A DNA stretch of 10,673 nt, from NCBI GenBank assembly GCA_965233585.1, contig CBDDTI010000543.1, positions 1 to 10,673 on the forward strand, in the 5' to 3' direction. The notes beneath the pieces were generated by a model, which made no database searches, was not told the origin of the DNA, and saw only the letters and a list, made by a program, of their open reading frames with translations. Both the position numbers and the translations under genes were made by a program. The stretch comes from a bacterium. GTDB lineage: Bacteria; SAR324; NAC60-12. Shown one piece after another: positions 8,951 through 10,673 of this stretch; within the stretch, counting starts at the first letter, position 1, and each line of letters opens with the position of its first letter.

Positions 8951-9207
8951 GAGTAATACTTCAAATGCGCTACATAGGTTTTTCCTCAGCCGTTTTGGTC
9001 AGAAATGGGGTATCGATTTGGGCTATTTTGGTCTCAAAATTGGATATGGTTTTGCACTGTAGTCTTGAATTAGGTTTTTTTTTTTTTTAAGAAACTCCTC
9101 TTTCGCAAGGCCATTAAAAAACCTTTTGCAATGCCTTTGACATCAGTGTGGACTAGAGGAAATAATTGTAAGACAGGTCCAACTCAGGGCAATGATTTAA
9201 AGATCTG

Positions 9208-9352
<145 letters not shown>

Positions 9353-9358
9353 CTGCAG

Positions 9359-9589
9359 GGGCTCATTTCTCGAAAGCCCCGGAAACTTTTCAAGCCTGTA
9401 AAGCCATAGCAAAATCTCGAACCAACCTTTTGATTACAGAGCTGTTTTATTCACGTACTCGTGATATGAACAGAAGTTCTATTCATACAAGAAGTTTCAG
9501 GTGTATACATCTCAATGTTTTTAGATACAGATGAACTAAAATGGATTTATGGGTGCGAAAAGTTTCTGGGCCTTTCAAGAAACGGGCTC
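9359..9589. mobile_element. MITE (231 bp) with 33-bp TIRs and 3-bp TSD CAG; PIF/Harbinger-like
   Basis: GGGCTCATTTCTCGAAAGCCCCGGAAACTTTTC versus the reverse-complemented right end GAGCCCGTTTCTTGAAAGGCCCAGAAACTTTTC (27/33). CAG lies at 9356-9358 and 9590-9592. Confidence 0.87.
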
Positions 9590-9758
9590 CAGGTATTAAA
9601 TAGGGAGTTGAAATTTTGTTCAGGTCGTAAATAGATCACAGATTTTGGTCTTAAATGGGGTAAAAAGTTTGGCAAGTGGTTCGCACATCCCAACACAACT
9701 TTTTGGCGAGTGTCCCCGCCTCCCCCAGGGCTTTGCCTGCTTTGGAGCTAAAAAGGAT

Positions 9759-9774
9759 GGGGGGGGGGGGGGGG
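9759..9774. repeat. Poly-G tract (G16)
   Basis: 16 consecutive G in the intron. Confidence 0.95.
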
Positions 9775-9898
9775 ACTGACTGCCCTTTGCTCGAACTCCA
9801 TCCCAACGTGACCCAGAAGGCTATACTGACCCAAACCCTTCAGTTGAAACTTTTGCACAAAGCCAACCCTAAAATGACTTTTCGTAATTTTCACGCAC

Positions 9899-10309
9899 CT
9901 GTTTAGTCGCTTTCTGAAGATAAACAACTTGGGGTTTCAGGAAATTTCCACCGTCTTTCTCCACAGCATCCAGCACCTCTCTTATCTTCTGAATCACTCC
10001 TCTGTCTGAAGTGCCAAACTTGTTGATAGCATTCCCATCCTTAATCCCGCCATCTTTTCTATTCGCTTCATTCCCATGTTCACTGTGATCCTCCAACATG
10101 TCAACACTAGGCGATACTCGATCTGATGCATGCAGGTTCGGCAGGTCAGGCTTGTTGTCAGGGGGTGTCGTATATATTTGACCCACGGGAGGGGTGCTGG
10201 TAGTTGTGGTAGCCTGAGAGACATCGCCCGGCGTTTTCTCCCAGTCAAATGGATCGCTTTCTTTGAGGCCCTTCTTGGCGATTGCTTTCTCGACAATGGA
10301 TATCAACAT
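9899..10309 (-). CDS. TTBK: TTBK-like internal coding exon (411 nt, 137 aa)
   Basis: Acceptor TTTGTCTTTTCAATTACAG|ATG at 10310/10309 and donor CAG|GTGCGT at 9899/9898, phase 0 at both ends. The translation MLISIVEKAIAKKGLKESDPFDWEKTPGDVSQATTTTSTPP matches the TTBK post-kinase signature ESDPFDWEK...TTTTTST as I recall it from human TTBK2. Confidence 0.93.
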
Positions 10310-10641
10310 CTGTAATTGAAAAGACAAAAAGAAAACAATTATGAAGTGCATTTCACTGTTAGTTCTTAAATCCGGTTTGCTCCAAGAGGACCTATTCCGG
10401 CGACTTCAAGGTATTAGACTGGAATTAGCTGATGCAAAAGAATATCATTAGAAAGAGATTTAAAAAACCATTTGCATTTGAAAAGATTTCACGCATTCAT
10501 TAGCCTCAGTTGCTAGTTGCAAGCTGGTTCTAGTGAGTCCAAAACCACAAACACAAGTATGGTCTATTACGACAAATGGTAGTATTCTGGGTCAACCTGA
10601 CCCTTATGACATTACAAAGTGTTAATGGTTGATCATCATAC
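10310..10641 (-). other. Intron, 332 nt, phase 0
   Basis: GTATGA...TTACAG ends, with a pyrimidine tract before the acceptor. Confidence 0.9.
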
Positions 10642-10673
10642 CTTGTAATCAGGCTTGTCTTCATACTTCAGCT
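10642..10673 (-). CDS. TTBK: Tau-tubulin kinase (TTBK1/2-like) coding exon, 5'-truncated by the window edge; end of kinase domain
   Basis: Minus strand reads (x)AG CTG AAG TAT GAA GAC AAG CCT GAT TAC AAG = LKYEDKPDYK, the L-x-[YF]-x-x-K-P-D-Y end of CK1-superfamily kinase domains. It is followed by donor GTATGA at 10641 (phase 0). Confidence 0.9.

Overview
This is eukaryotic (animal) genomic DNA. A stony coral or other cnidarian is the likeliest source, judged only from my recollection of its repeat families. The minus strand carries the 3' part of a tau-tubulin kinase (TTBK1/2-like) gene in four coding exons: 10642-10673 (partial), 9899-10309, 6751-8726 and 5579-5663. All three introns have GT-AG ends and compatible phases. 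The exons encode the end of the kinase domain (KPDY..ESDPFDWEK), a long acidic low-complexity tail, and a PPPG...ARLRRYK C-terminal block resembling human TTBK2. The ORF track misses the last exon. The introns and the ~5.5 kb downstream are packed with non-autonomous inverted-repeat elements, several with visible target-site duplications, plus two tRNA-derived repeats. I see no CRISPR array, no prokaryotic system and no autonomous transposase, and I cannot support a wholly new biological system. The best leads are a duplicated short motif in the TTBK tail that differs mostly at synonymous sites, candidate phosphatase-docking motifs, a possible alternative last exon, a tRNA-like head enclosed by a triplicated 33-bp motif, and a TAG-terminated element with a 9-bp TSD.
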